Shown here: in pieces, positions 49,235-59,694 of the stretch | How the letters are laid out: each line of letters opens with the position of its first letter | Numbering within the stretch: the first letter of the stretch is position 1 | IMG/VR virus record: IMGVR_UViG_3300036778_000017 | Coordinates: 1-64,000 of that record | Origin: a virus | Taxonomy: Duplodnaviria; Caudoviricetes | Strand: one strand, 5' to 3' | Length of the DNA stretch: 64,000 bases | Program-made: the position numbers and the translations under genes | Notes under the pieces: generated by a model | Databases searched by the model: none | What the model saw: only the letters and a program-made list of their open reading frames with translations | Told to the model about the DNA's origin: nothing

Positions 49235-49250
49235 AGAACGCCATTAGCGG
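49235..49250 (+). repeat. 16-bp motif AGAACGCCATTAGCGG, copy 2
   Basis: Identical to 14252-14267. Confidence 0.8.
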
Positions 49251-49438
49251 ACCGCTGGATGGCCCTGCCCAGTTTTGGCTACCACCCTAGCGCCCCGGGG
49301 GCCGCCAGCGCACCAGCGCCCGGCCGCCCGGGGCTGGCGGGGCGCGCAAACCCGGGCCGGGCAGCTGCCCGGGCAGGGCAGGGGCCGCCCGCGCCCGGGC
49401 CGCAGGCGCGGCCACTGGAGGCCGCGACAGCGCCGCGC

Positions 49439-49855
49439 CTAGCTGTCCGCTCCGATGTTGAACGTGACGGAGCCACTGAGAAACTTCACGCTCGATCCGA
49501 TGGCGACAGTGATCGGACCGCCCGCCACTGCTCGAGACGCGTACATGTGACCGGCCGAGGCGTCGTCGAACAGCGCGAAGTGAGAGATGTTGACCGGCCC
49601 CGTCTCCGACAGACCCCAGTCAACGTCGATGTTGGACGTCAGCAGATGCAGCGCTCCGGACGCCAGTGCAGCGAACGTGATGGACTGCCGCTTGCCCGCG
49701 CTCTTGACGGAGGCCCCGACCTCGGTGCCCGTGGTCTTCGGGTTGCCGTTGAACAGCCCGAGAAAGAGTGTCGTCGGCCGTGACGGCATGTCGGCCTGAT
49801 TGTTCAGCCAGCGAAGCGTGATATTGCCGAAGTATGGAGTGAGATCAGAAGCCAT
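49439..49855 (-). CDS. Phage structural (tail-associated) protein
   Basis: FLGLFNGNP..GTEV...RQSITF...ISHFALFDDASAG pattern. Confidence 0.6.
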   Translation of the reverse strand: MASDLTPYFGNITLRWLNNQADMPSRPTTLFLGLFNGNPKTTGTEVGASVKSAGKRQSITFAALASGALHLLTSNIDVDWGLSETGPVNISHFALFDDASAGHMYASRAVAGGPITVAIGSSVKFLSGSVTFNIGADS

Positions 49856-49864
49856 GGTGCGCCC

Positions 49865-51182
49865 TCAGTAGTAGTGGAAGATAACTGGAATGCTGGTGAA
49901 CGCTGCGGCAAAGATGCTCGCGTAGATCCACACGCGACCCTTCCAGTCCGGCGGCGTGAAGATGTAGATGCCCCGGAGAAGTCCGAGACAGAAGATTGTG
50001 CCTGCGACGAGATAACTGATGGTGTCGAACATGGTCGTCGCCGCGAACATGCCGACACCGGCCGTTGTCTGTGCCAGAGTATCGTCAATGTGGATGACAT
50101 GCACGTGCAGACCATAGACGTATGTCTTCCACACGCTGAACGTCCGGTACGCCTCGGCACCGAACACCCAGAAGAGAACGCACGCAGTTGGAACACCGGG
50201 CAGTCCAGCCCAGCGCTGATAGTTGGCAGGACCAGACGTGGCCCAAGTGTCCCACAGAAACACCGAGATCATGATCGTCAGGGTGAACAGCAGAATGAAA
50301 GCCACACCATTGATACACTCACGCATGAACGCTTGATGATTGACAATGAAGTCGATCACTTCAGTTCCTCTCGACGAATGGCCATCCGCTCAAAATCAGC
50401 GAATGAGTTTGTCCTGGACTTGGCTATCTGGATGGACCGCCGCAGGGCCTCGTTGCCACGCGACCGTCTTGCAATTGATCTTTGTACTCTCTCGACAATC
50501 TTGCCCACGTCGTGGGCCATGTCGTCTGTCTCTGCATTGAGGTATTCATCGCGGGTGGCATGTGTGACGCGAAACATCGCGAGGAACCTTTCCAATTGCC
50601 TGATCATATCTTGCGCCTTCTACTGACGGTTGTTACCTGCCCCAGCAAGTTGCGCATTTCAACGACCTGAGCCTGTCCCGCCCCACGAATGGCATCTGCC
50701 ATCTTGTTGGACATGTCGTCTATGGACTTTCTCACGTCGCTCACGTACTGCAGTGAGAGAGTTCTGTTCTCCATCACGGCAGCGTTCAAGGCACGGATAG
50801 CATCAGCCATGCTCTCCACCGCCTTCGCACTGGCGGCATTGTGATCCTTGATGTTATCATACTGCGCAAGGATCGATACCTTGAGTAACTCGAACGCCTG
50901 CGCCTGCTTCTCGAGCAGACGCGCCTGTTCCTCCGTCAGTTCGTTTCTCTCGTCAGTGACTTTCAGCATGTCGGTGAGAACCTTGCCGGTGTCACTGAGC
51001 GTCTTGTTCAAGGTGTCCCGCTCCTGCAGTCGGTATCCATAGATCTTGTCTGCGCGGGCCTGCATCTGTCTGATGTAGGCTATGGACGCGGCCTGCGTCC
51101 CGCATAGAACGAAGATTATGGCTCCCGGCAAGCCGAGACCCTCCAGTATGTGGACGATCCACTCAGGGATCATTGGTATCAC
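49865..51182 (-). other. Three lysis-adjacent genes: 49865-50359 (4 TM), 50356-50607, 50604-51182 (TM + coiled coil, holin candidate)
   Basis: Hydrophobic segments; directly downstream of the spanins. Confidence 0.55.
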
Positions 51183-51394
51183 CTCTTGGGCGTGAAGCCC
51201 GAACAGTGCAGTGATTGACCATACTGATTGTGAGCAAGGATCTCACGAGCAGTGATGTCTGTGAACTGATCATCCTTCGACACCCTGATGGCTGACCATC
51301 CGGTGCAGACGCCTCCACCACAGCCCGCGAGACTAGTCGCGACGCCACTTATCAAGATCAGTCTTAACAGTCTTCGGGTCCATCTTCGCGACAT
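51179..51394 (-). CDS. o-spanin (Rz1-like lipoprotein)
   Basis: Lipobox LAGC after a basic/hydrophobic leader; overlaps the i-spanin gene. Confidence 0.75.
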   Translation of the reverse strand: MSRRWTRRLLRLILISGVATSLAGCGGGVCTGWSAIRVSKDDQFTDITAREILAHNQYGQSLHCSGFTPKR

Positions 51395-51665
51395 TGTCGT
51401 CAACCTCCTTTCGCTTCTTGAGCGCGTCTGCGTCACGCTGCCTCTCGCGCTCCTCCTCGTCGTGACTGCCCTTGTATCTTCCTCCCACGTATGCGAGGAA
51501 TATCGCAGCGATGCCGCCGAGCAGCCACTTGAGCCAGCCCGGCAGAATGTTCCACAGCGGTATCAGCACTGGCGAGAAGAAGTAGAACAGCGCGCCAGCG
51601 CCGAGCACCGCAACGACAACGTATACCCAGACGGGTATGTGGTCGACGATGAAGTTCCAGATCAT
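51333..51665 (-). CDS. i-spanin (Rz-like)
   Basis: N-terminal TM segments and a charged helical tail; follows the endolysin. Confidence 0.65.
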   Translation of the reverse strand: MIWNFIVDHIPVWVYVVVAVLGAGALFYFFSPVLIPLWNILPGWLKWLLGGIAAIFLAYVGGRYKGSHDEEERERQRDADALKKRKEVDDNVAKMDPKTVKTDLDKWRRD

Positions 51666-52663
51666 GCTGCCTTCTTAACCTCCGTATCCCCCGCCGTGCG
51701 TCCGCTCTGCGTCACGGTTCCCGGAGCGATGTTGCCGGTCGCCGATCCCTGAGCGGTCGGGTCGACGTAGTGCGCCTTCACCTCGTCCGGAACGATGTCG
51801 TTCTGGTTCGCGCCCTGAACGGGGGCTAGGTTGAGGGCGTCGGTGAGTTCGGCGTTCTTCTTGCGAGCGTACCACGACCAGAGCAGTCCGCCGCCCGTGA
51901 GCAGTGCGCCCGCGACCACGATGCCGATCAGGACCTGATCGACGAGGTGCGAGTTGCCCTGAAGCGGCTGAAGTGTGGACTGGATGGTCGTCAGCGTCGT
52001 CGTGACGGCACCGCCCGCCGAGGTCGCGTCCGCTGGAGCAGTCGAGACAAGTGGCTTCGCGTCCACAAGCGTCGCCTTCTTGTTCATGTTCGGAGACCAG
52101 ACGACCTCCGGACCCACGGAGCCCGATGCCCAAGCCTGACCGATCTTCTTCAGCTGGTTGACGCGGCTCGTCCAGCCATTGCCGAAGTGGTAGAACGTCT
52201 TCAGGCCCTGAAGGAACGCCATGCGCCGCGCGAGAATGTTGGCGACCAGAGCATCATCGTCGTTGTAGTTGTAGATGGCCTGCATCGTGACGTCGCCCAG
52301 CACGCCGTCCGGGTTTAGACCAAGAGCGCGCTGTACCCACTTGATGGACTGGCCAGGACCAGAGTTGATGGCACCGTCGGCAACGACGACGTCGATGCCG
52401 GGAGGGAGCTCGTCGAACCTGATCTTCTGACCGTAGTTCTGCCAGTAGATCGCGTCGCGCTCCGCGTCCGTCATCGTGAAGACGTCGCGGTTTGGCTTGC
52501 CGTTCTTCTTGAGCCAAGCCGAGAACTCACGCTGGATCACACCCTGATTGGTGCGACCGCCCGGATCGATTGGGTCGTCGTCCTTGCCACCCTCGAACCT
52601 CAACTCGATCTTCATCGCGTCAGCCCAAGAGTGCTGCTTTCCGTGGCTATCCACTTGTGTCAT
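51662..52663 (-). CDS. Endolysin, GH108 with PG-binding domain and C-terminal TM region
   Basis: FEGGKDDDPIDPGGRTNQGV, DGAINSGPG, FGNGWTSRV. Confidence 0.9.
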   Translation of the reverse strand: MTQVDSHGKQHSWADAMKIELRFEGGKDDDPIDPGGRTNQGVIQREFSAWLKKNGKPNRDVFTMTDAERDAIYWQNYGQKIRFDELPPGIDVVVADGAINSGPGQSIKWVQRALGLNPDGVLGDVTMQAIYNYNDDDALVANILARRMAFLQGLKTFYHFGNGWTSRVNQLKKIGQAWASGSVGPEVVWSPNMNKKATLVDAKPLVSTAPADATSAGGAVTTTLTTIQSTLQPLQGNSHLVDQVLIGIVVAGALLTGGGLLWSWYARKKNAELTDALNLAPVQGANQNDIVPDEVKAHYVDPTAQGSATGNIAPGTVTQSGRTAGDTEVKKAA

Positions 52664-55476
52664 GTCTTTCGTCCTGTGCTGATGACCATCTGCTGAGGGA
52701 TGATCAGTGGTGAGAAGCTGCCGAAGCCGTCCAGCGCGTCGCTGTCGCCATCGCTGAAATCTGCGGACAATGTGAAGTTGGCCGTCACCGCTAGTGTGCC
52801 GGACATCGCGTCGTCGTCACTGTCGCTGAAGTGTATCTGGTTCGGACTGCCCGCCACGACAGTGGGCGAGCCAGACATCGTGTCGTCGAAGTTGTCCGAA
52901 AAGCCGCCGGACAAGGACACGCCGACATCCTGCGAGTCCAGGACGTTGAACATGATCTGATACAGATTGATGGCACCGAACGCCGGACCACTCTCGAGCA
53001 CCATGCGCCAGTGCTGTATGCCGTCACCGATCGCCGGATCCCCGACCAGCCCGAAGCCGTCCGTGGTCGGAGCGACCATGTACGTGCAGGCTTCTCGGAA
53101 GTGCCACGAGGGACCGACCTGAGCGTAGGTCGAACCGTCAGTGGAGATCTCCCAGTGCCACTTCCCGAAGACCGTTGGGTTGCCGCCAGAGTCGAAGGCC
53201 TCCTGCGCGTTGGAGTCGACCTGGAACAGAACGTGATTGATCACGACCTTTCGTGGGAACGTGAACTCGATGTAGGCACCGACTGTGGACATCGGCGTCC
53301 CGGCATTCAGTCCTGTCCCGATCTGAGACACGGTGTACGTGTGACCACCGGAGTCTATCGTCAGGTTGTCTCCGTCGAACAGCGCGTCCGCAGGATCGAA
53401 GTACGGAGCGCTCGGTCCGCGGAACACCCAGCCCGGCCCGAGTGAGAAGCCAACCTGCTTCTCTGGTCGTCCATTAGTCGATCGTCTGTCACCACCATCG
53501 AGCACTGAGTGAGCAACCTTGACGCGAAGCTCTGAGCCGAACTTGGACTCACCACTGAACGTAGAGGCACCGACCCACACGAACTCATAGTGCGGCCACA
53601 ATATTGGATTTCGCGGAGTGATCTGATACTCCGTGAAATTCATGCCGTGATACTGCGGGTCTGTGAGAACAGACGTCTCTGTCTCTGCAGGCGAGAAGGC
53701 GTCGAACTCTATCGCATACGAGTCATTGCTGATCTCGCCGACGCCCACACCACCGACAAACTTGAAGCGACTGGTGTCCTGCAGATCGAGTGTCTCCGGA
53801 CCAACGAGCGCCAGACCACGAACCTCGATGCCCCACACTCCGGTATCAAACCAGTGTGCCCAGTTTGCAGGTTGAGATCCACCGCCGAACGTGAAGCCGT
53901 TGCCTCCGGAGTACGCTGCGTCGTACAGTTGAGAGACAGGAGTGCTGCCAGCCTTCCCGTATATGCCAACGGTCATGAGACCATTGGCCACGCGATCTCC
54001 CTGTGACCAGATGCTGTCCCAGTCCGCCTCGAGATATCGCTTCGCCGGCGATATGTTGGCGGCGATCTCGAAGATCTGGTGTCCGTCGACCACCGATATG
54101 GGGCCACCCTCGCCGGCGATCAACGACACAGTTGCCGTGAGCGTCTGCCCGGGTACGCTCGTCAGGAACTGGCCAGAGATGATGGACGCAGTCACTGTCA
54201 CCGTGTCGCCAGACACTGAGACGCCGCCAGTAGGCGGACCCGTGTCGCCGGGACCGGCAAACGCGAACGCCAGAAGACCCCAGTCTGCAACGGAGCTACC
54301 GAACGTCAGGGTCTGCGAGGTGCTGGCGCTCGACGGATCCGGGTACTGTCTGGCGAAGCCAAGCTGAGACTTCTTCGTGTTCGTGAAGGACGGACCAGCC
54401 ATGTAGAGAAGGGAACCGTTCGCAACGCCAACCGATCCCGTGTTCCCAGTGGACGAGTTACCAGACAGGACGTAGGTCTGACCAGCACCGTCAGTCGTCA
54501 TGGAGACGGTGGGAGCACTCGTGGTGCCGCCAGTCACTGATGCAGACTGAACTCCCGCCTGATCGAACGGATTGTCCGGGTCCTGCAGATTGCGCATCGT
54601 GAACGCGACCATGACGCCCGCGTCATTGTTCGGACTCCAAGCGACGGTAATTCTACCGTCCTTGATCTGCGTCGTGATCTTCTTGTACCAGACCTCCAGG
54701 GTCTGGGTCGTCGACGATCCAGTCCACTTCTCAAACGCATATTGAGCTAGGGTGTTCGAGCCCGTCCCCGTGACACTAGTCGCTCCGAACGCCGTCAGGC
54801 TGTTGGACACCGCGTGCAGAACAACGACCAGAACGTCGTTGACATCAGCAGAGAAGAACCCACGATTGGTGCTGCTCGCACCATTGAAGAGGAAGTCCTG
54901 CATGAAACCAATGTTCATGCAGGAGTTGCCGGAGTCCGCAGTGTTCCAGTCGGAGAAGCCCGAGGGCGCAGTCTGCGCCCAGCTGCCGGAGTCCGAGACG
55001 ATATCGACCGTGCACGCATTCTGCAGGAACGCGTGAGGGTCTAGAGCAGGACGCTCCGGGATAGCGATGCCACCAGTCCCAGTCGCTGGGTTGGCCGTGC
55101 CAGATCCGTTCCAGTTTCCATTGTCGATCCTGACCCACAGCAGATTGTTGTCGAGATCAACAGCGAAGCAGACCGTGTGACCAGCGACAGTTCCGAGACT
55201 CATGCCACTACCGGAGCCCCACGTCGACAAGTACGTGCCGCTGCTCTGGAACCGTATCGCGAAGAACGTGTTGTCGTCCGACACCATCGCCGAGCAGCCG
55301 AAGCCGACAGTGAAGGTCGTGCCGCTCAGGTTCTGAAATTCGATATAGCGCTTGCCCTTGTCGCGGGGCGAGTTCGCGCGGATCTGGTTGTTGCCGGACG
55401 AGGTGGTGGCGGTCTTGTTGCTGTTGGATAGCGTGATGCCAGCAGACTTGTGAAACGTAGACCAAGAGATCGTCAT
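52660..55476 (-). CDS. Multidomain tail fibre / receptor-binding protein (SPRY/concanavalin-like N-terminus, galactose-binding-like C-terminal region)
   Basis: ITLSNSNKTAT...KGKRYIEF...FAVDLDNNLLWVRIDNGNW; Ser/Thr/Gly-rich; 938 aa. Confidence 0.7.
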   Translation of the reverse strand: MTISWSTFHKSAGITLSNSNKTATTSSGNNQIRANSPRDKGKRYIEFQNLSGTTFTVGFGCSAMVSDDNTFFAIRFQSSGTYLSTWGSGSGMSLGTVAGHTVCFAVDLDNNLLWVRIDNGNWNGSGTANPATGTGGIAIPERPALDPHAFLQNACTVDIVSDSGSWAQTAPSGFSDWNTADSGNSCMNIGFMQDFLFNGASSTNRGFFSADVNDVLVVVLHAVSNSLTAFGATSVTGTGSNTLAQYAFEKWTGSSTTQTLEVWYKKITTQIKDGRITVAWSPNNDAGVMVAFTMRNLQDPDNPFDQAGVQSASVTGGTTSAPTVSMTTDGAGQTYVLSGNSSTGNTGSVGVANGSLLYMAGPSFTNTKKSQLGFARQYPDPSSASTSQTLTFGSSVADWGLLAFAFAGPGDTGPPTGGVSVSGDTVTVTASIISGQFLTSVPGQTLTATVSLIAGEGGPISVVDGHQIFEIAANISPAKRYLEADWDSIWSQGDRVANGLMTVGIYGKAGSTPVSQLYDAAYSGGNGFTFGGGSQPANWAHWFDTGVWGIEVRGLALVGPETLDLQDTSRFKFVGGVGVGEISNDSYAIEFDAFSPAETETSVLTDPQYHGMNFTEYQITPRNPILWPHYEFVWVGASTFSGESKFGSELRVKVAHSVLDGGDRRSTNGRPEKQVGFSLGPGWVFRGPSAPYFDPADALFDGDNLTIDSGGHTYTVSQIGTGLNAGTPMSTVGAYIEFTFPRKVVINHVLFQVDSNAQEAFDSGGNPTVFGKWHWEISTDGSTYAQVGPSWHFREACTYMVAPTTDGFGLVGDPAIGDGIQHWRMVLESGPAFGAINLYQIMFNVLDSQDVGVSLSGGFSDNFDDTMSGSPTVVAGSPNQIHFSDSDDDAMSGTLAVTANFTLSADFSDGDSDALDGFGSFSPLIIPQQMVISTGRKT

Positions 55477-56609
55477 GTCCAGCTGAACCTTACTCTGCCG
55501 CTCGCACCAGCACCGTTGCCCGAACCGCTCGTGTCTGTCACGCCCGCTCCCACCGAGAAGGCGACAGGATCACCATTCGCGGGACCATCCACACCCTTCG
55601 TCAGCACGTGCTTCACGTAAGCACCGCCTCCGCCTCCGGGCTGCTTCGCCTGAGACGGAGAACCCGATATGTGCTGCGTCTGAAACGCCGAGCCAGATCC
55701 ACCGCCGCCCGGAGCAGCGCCGGAGATCCCTGAGTTGAAGTACCCGCCAACGATCGACGGGCTGGAGACTGCTGATCCACCCGCGCCTCCGTGAGGAGAC
55801 GAGCCGCCAGCGCCGGTCACGCCGCTGGCATCAGTCGTGGGAGACGGCGTGCCACCAGCCTGACCGTTCGTGTTCTCTGTGTTGCCGCCAGACGCGACAC
55901 CGCCCGCACCGCCAGCGCCAGAGTTGAACACGTTCGACGTGGACTTCTTTCCTCCGCCAGCCGTAAGGCTGTACGTGGTGCACGTCGTGTCGTGACCGTC
56001 AGCGCCCAGCGACGTCAGACCACCAGTGGCACCAGATCCCCAGAGCTCGATGATGAACTTGTCAGTGTACGACCCGTCACTTGGAGCATTGAACGTTCCA
56101 GCGTGCGAGTTGAACTGCTGGAAATTCGGACCACTGTCGTCCAGAGTGCCCGGATCCGTGCCGCCCGGAGGACCATCCTCTGGTCTGCTGGATCGTTGTA
56201 ACAACCGATAGTATCGCTTGTTGATGCCCGTGGCCGTCAGGTCTGTCAGGAGAACATGGTTCGACACCATCTCCTCCTGCGTGTACTGCCCGAACAGGAT
56301 GTCCCCCGCTTGCAGCGTGTCGGCAGGAGATGTCGCTGGGTTGTCTGATCCAATCAGCACGGCGGCCCCGATCGTCAGCGCAGTCTCGACCTCGATGATG
56401 AACGCGTTCATGTGAACGGGGGTGCCGAAGTCTAGCTCGAGCGCCGCGAATGAGTGCCCGACGTTGAGCGCACCACCGGCCACGAACGGATCAGGATACG
56501 TGCGAAGGTCGGTCGCGAGCGGAGCCCAGCCCGTGACCTCGTCGCCGTCGACCATGTTGGCGACAACGCCTGTCTTCGTAGAGAAGCCGAACTGCTTGAC
56601 GATTGGCAT
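55473..56609 (-). CDS. Tail protein with Gly-rich domain
   Basis: IELWGSGATGG...GGGGGAY...FSVGAG...GRVRFSW. Confidence 0.7.
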   Translation of the reverse strand: MPIVKQFGFSTKTGVVANMVDGDEVTGWAPLATDLRTYPDPFVAGGALNVGHSFAALELDFGTPVHMNAFIIEVETALTIGAAVLIGSDNPATSPADTLQAGDILFGQYTQEEMVSNHVLLTDLTATGINKRYYRLLQRSSRPEDGPPGGTDPGTLDDSGPNFQQFNSHAGTFNAPSDGSYTDKFIIELWGSGATGGLTSLGADGHDTTCTTYSLTAGGGKKSTSNVFNSGAGGAGGVASGGNTENTNGQAGGTPSPTTDASGVTGAGGSSPHGGAGGSAVSSPSIVGGYFNSGISGAAPGGGGSGSAFQTQHISGSPSQAKQPGGGGGAYVKHVLTKGVDGPANGDPVAFSVGAGVTDTSGSGNGAGASGRVRFSWT

Positions 56610-57433
56610 CAGAGATCCTGACGAACGCCGCGGATTGTGAGGCTGAGAGACTTGGCCGTGCTGTCGAGCGCGGGCGGCGGAACGCCGAGGAAGTCTCCCT
56701 CGACGAACGCGACCGCTGCCGAGAACGTGAACGTGCCGCTGGTGTGGCCGGCGAGGATCGTGCCGGTGCCGATGGTGGTGCTCTCCTTCTTCAGCGTCAC
56801 CGTGAAGTCAGCGGTCGGCGCAGTGCGGAGCTCGATGACGCTGTCCGTTAGACCGGCGGGCAGGGTCACGGCGCGCGTGAAGGTGTGACCAAACATGAAG
56901 TCGCCACTGTCCACACCACGGCCGGGAACTCCGGGCCAGTAGAACGCGAGGTCGTAGATCGACGAGTCCTCTCCGAACACCAGCTGATAGAGTGGATCAC
57001 CGAAGGTCGGCGAGCCGCTGTCCTCGTCGACGGCGTTGGGATCGAAGATGGCCGGACTGTCGGGACTGGTGTGGTTGATCAGCACCATGTACAGGCCCTG
57101 ATGCGGAACCGTGAAGAAGTCCAGCTTCTTGTAGGGAAACGCATTGACCCAGTTGCCGAGCAGACGGAACGTCGCGATCGGAAGCTGGAACGGTCCTATG
57201 TGCGAGCCGTCGCTCATGTTGAGCGTGGCCTGAGAGCCATCCTCGTCCGACACCGTGATGTCCACGATGCTGACAGCAGTCGGCGGATGCTCCTCGAGAT
57301 CGAGGACGCGCGTGTGAAGCGTCCAGATGTCGTTGTCTGCTTGAGACGACGTCAGCTTCCCGCCGGTGCCAGCGCCAGTTCCGGCTCCCCATTTCGTGTT
57401 GTCCGTAGTTCTGAAGTCCAGTCCTGCGACCAT
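56609..57433 (-). CDS. Minor tail protein
   Basis: Position in the tail module; beta-rich. Confidence 0.6.
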   Translation of the reverse strand: MVAGLDFRTTDNTKWGAGTGAGTGGKLTSSQADNDIWTLHTRVLDLEEHPPTAVSIVDITVSDEDGSQATLNMSDGSHIGPFQLPIATFRLLGNWVNAFPYKKLDFFTVPHQGLYMVLINHTSPDSPAIFDPNAVDEDSGSPTFGDPLYQLVFGEDSSIYDLAFYWPGVPGRGVDSGDFMFGHTFTRAVTLPAGLTDSVIELRTAPTADFTVTLKKESTTIGTGTILAGHTSGTFTFSAAVAFVEGDFLGVPPPALDSTAKSLSLTIRGVRQDL

Positions 57434-57443
57434 CTATCTTCCC

Positions 57444-57836
57444 CTATGTGCCCGGAGCATTCTTGATGACACCCTTCTGGATGACCTCAGTGTTGTCCGT
57501 ATTCGTGTTGCCCTGGAACTTCAGCGAGATCTTCGCACCAGTCTTCGGGTCTCGACCTTGATAGGCCGTCATCTGCTCGGTGTCGATGAACTGCGAAGTG
57601 TCGTCCGGATTGTGCACGCGCACCGTGTCTGTCGTGCGCTGCGTCTCGTTGAAGTTCGCGGGCTTCACCGTCGACTGATCCTGTGCGGAGAAGTCGAACA
57701 GCGTGGCACCGGAGCGGCCCCACGTGACGCCCGGATTATCGATTATCTTTGGCGTCGCGAGCAGCTGCGTCGGCACGCCCGGTCGAATGGGCGTCAGCTG
57801 TGTCGGTCGTACGACGAACTCGAGATGGTTAGGCAT
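57444..57836 (-). CDS. Tail-module hypothetical protein
   Basis: RVHNPDD..QFID motif; position. Confidence 0.55.
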   Translation of the reverse strand: MPNHLEFVVRPTQLTPIRPGVPTQLLATPKIIDNPGVTWGRSGATLFDFSAQDQSTVKPANFNETQRTTDTVRVHNPDDTSQFIDTEQMTAYQGRDPKTGAKISLKFQGNTNTDNTEVIQKGVIKNAPGT

Positions 57837-59694
57837 TGCTCGCGGCCTCCAAGTCTATCTGCTTCACGACGATCAGATCAGACACACTGATCACGACCTC
57901 GTGTTGGAACGGACCGCCCTCCATGGGCACCATCTTCGCAGTGATGGTTGTCGGGTTCGCCTGAAGAATGGCGTCCACGGCACTCTGGTCGTTCAGCGGT
58001 GCCTCCGCCAGCGGCGCGAGAAGTTCTCGCTGAGTGCCCGGGCCGTTGGCCAGTGTCATCTCTATCAGCGAGTTCTGCACCGTCAGTCCGTGCAGGAAGT
58101 CGACGCCGTCGTCGAACTCCGCGAACTGCGGCATGGTCCACAGAATGTCGGACGTGCCCGTCAGCAGAAGCTGCTGATTGACGCGCTCCTGCCAGTCATC
58201 CTCGACCCAGTCGTCCTCGACCCACGTCGGGTCGCCGGCAGTAGCGGAGTACGTGCCGCCCTTGCCGACGGCGCTCGCGATCGTGATGGTGGTGGTTGCC
58301 TCGCCCTGATCACCATCGAGTGTCATCTCATACCCGATGATCTTGCCAGCTGCCTGTCCGCCCGGAAGGCGATGGTCGTGAAACAGACCGTTCTTGGTCA
58401 GGTCGCACAGCCGCAGCGCATCCAGCATCGGCATCGTGATCTGCGTCTCGACTGCACGCGACCGTGTAATCAGGTTCGCGCGCGCGAGAAGAAGCAGATG
58501 CTCAACGGAGTGCATGCCGCGCGGAGTATGCACGTAGTCGCGGCGGCGAACGTCTCCGATCGGTATGGCCATGTCCACGACACCGTCGCTCGGGTCACTG
58601 ACCTTGTTCGCCGAGAGCGTGATGACCATCGACTCGTCCTCACCGGGCAGCGTGACGATGTCCTGCTGATCAGTCTGCAGCGTGAACGTGACGACCTGAC
58701 CGAACTCACGATTGGCAGCGTACTCCACCGTCAGTTCCGGCACCGCGTATCCCAGCGACGCGATGATGATCTCGTACTGGAAGTCCACGCTGGCGTCACC
58801 GACACCAGACACCACCTGCCCGATGGTATAAACCGGGAAGAAGATAGAGCCCTCGGCCAGTGACGGCGTGGTGTTCTGCCACGTGAAGATGACAGGGACC
58901 TTGACCTGAGGCTGCGCTCCGGACACGTCTGTCATGGAGCCAGACACCACGTCCCAACCAGAGCCGAACTTGTCGCCCTGCTGCGGCCAATCACTGATCA
59001 GGCCGCTCATGGTGAACGACGTTGGGATCGGATCAGGCAGAAACAACTCCCGCACCTTGCCGGTCAGGTCCAGACCACCAGCATCGCTCTGAGACCACGG
59101 AATGGTCGCGATCATCTGCACGCTCCGGAGTGGCGTGCTGTTCAGCGTGACAGACATGTTGTCGTAGAAGTGCTGGTTCTCCTGGACTTCTTCGACACCG
59201 TTCTCACCGATCAGCACGTCCGACGCAGTAACAACATGCGTCACTGGATGGATGTGCCAGAGCTTGGAGTACGCCTCCAGCACCACATCCGGGTCATCCC
59301 AGCTGTCTGGCGACACGAATATGGGATCCCAGTACGGCAGGACCTTCATGGTGTTCGCGAGAGTAGTCTTCTGCGCCACAAAGTTGGACGGTCGAGCCGT
59401 GAAGTCCAGCTGCACGAGAGTGTCGAACAGGTTCGTGGGAACACCGATGAGACGACCCTTGCAGATCGCCCGCACCACTGAGCCGTCAAAGATCGACAGA
59501 TAGGCCCAGCGCTTGCGGCTCGGGTTCAGTAGACCGATGCGCGGGTTCCTGATCGTGGCTGAGAAGCCAGCGAAGTCACCCTCCTGCTGGGACTGCCTGA
59601 AGCTGAAGACCCACTCGTCCATGCGATCGTGCACCGACGCATCAAACGTGTCGGTCTCGTTGATCCACGCGAAGAATATCTGTCCAGGAAACAC
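57829..59694 (-). CDS. Tail tip / baseplate hub protein
   Basis: 621 aa, second gene after the tape measure gene. Confidence 0.6.
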   Translation of the reverse strand: MFPGQIFFAWINETDTFDASVHDRMDEWVFSFRQSQQEGDFAGFSATIRNPRIGLLNPSRKRWAYLSIFDGSVVRAICKGRLIGVPTNLFDTLVQLDFTARPSNFVAQKTTLANTMKVLPYWDPIFVSPDSWDDPDVVLEAYSKLWHIHPVTHVVTASDVLIGENGVEEVQENQHFYDNMSVTLNSTPLRSVQMIATIPWSQSDAGGLDLTGKVRELFLPDPIPTSFTMSGLISDWPQQGDKFGSGWDVVSGSMTDVSGAQPQVKVPVIFTWQNTTPSLAEGSIFFPVYTIGQVVSGVGDASVDFQYEIIIASLGYAVPELTVEYAANREFGQVVTFTLQTDQQDIVTLPGEDESMVITLSANKVSDPSDGVVDMAIPIGDVRRRDYVHTPRGMHSVEHLLLLARANLITRSRAVETQITMPMLDALRLCDLTKNGLFHDHRLPGGQAAGKIIGYEMTLDGDQGEATTTITIASAVGKGGTYSATAGDPTWVEDDWVEDDWQERVNQQLLLTGTSDILWTMPQFAEFDDGVDFLHGLTVQNSLIEMTLANGPGTQRELLAPLAEAPLNDQSAVDAILQANPTTITAKMVPMEGGPFQHEVVISVSDLIVVKQIDLEAASNA

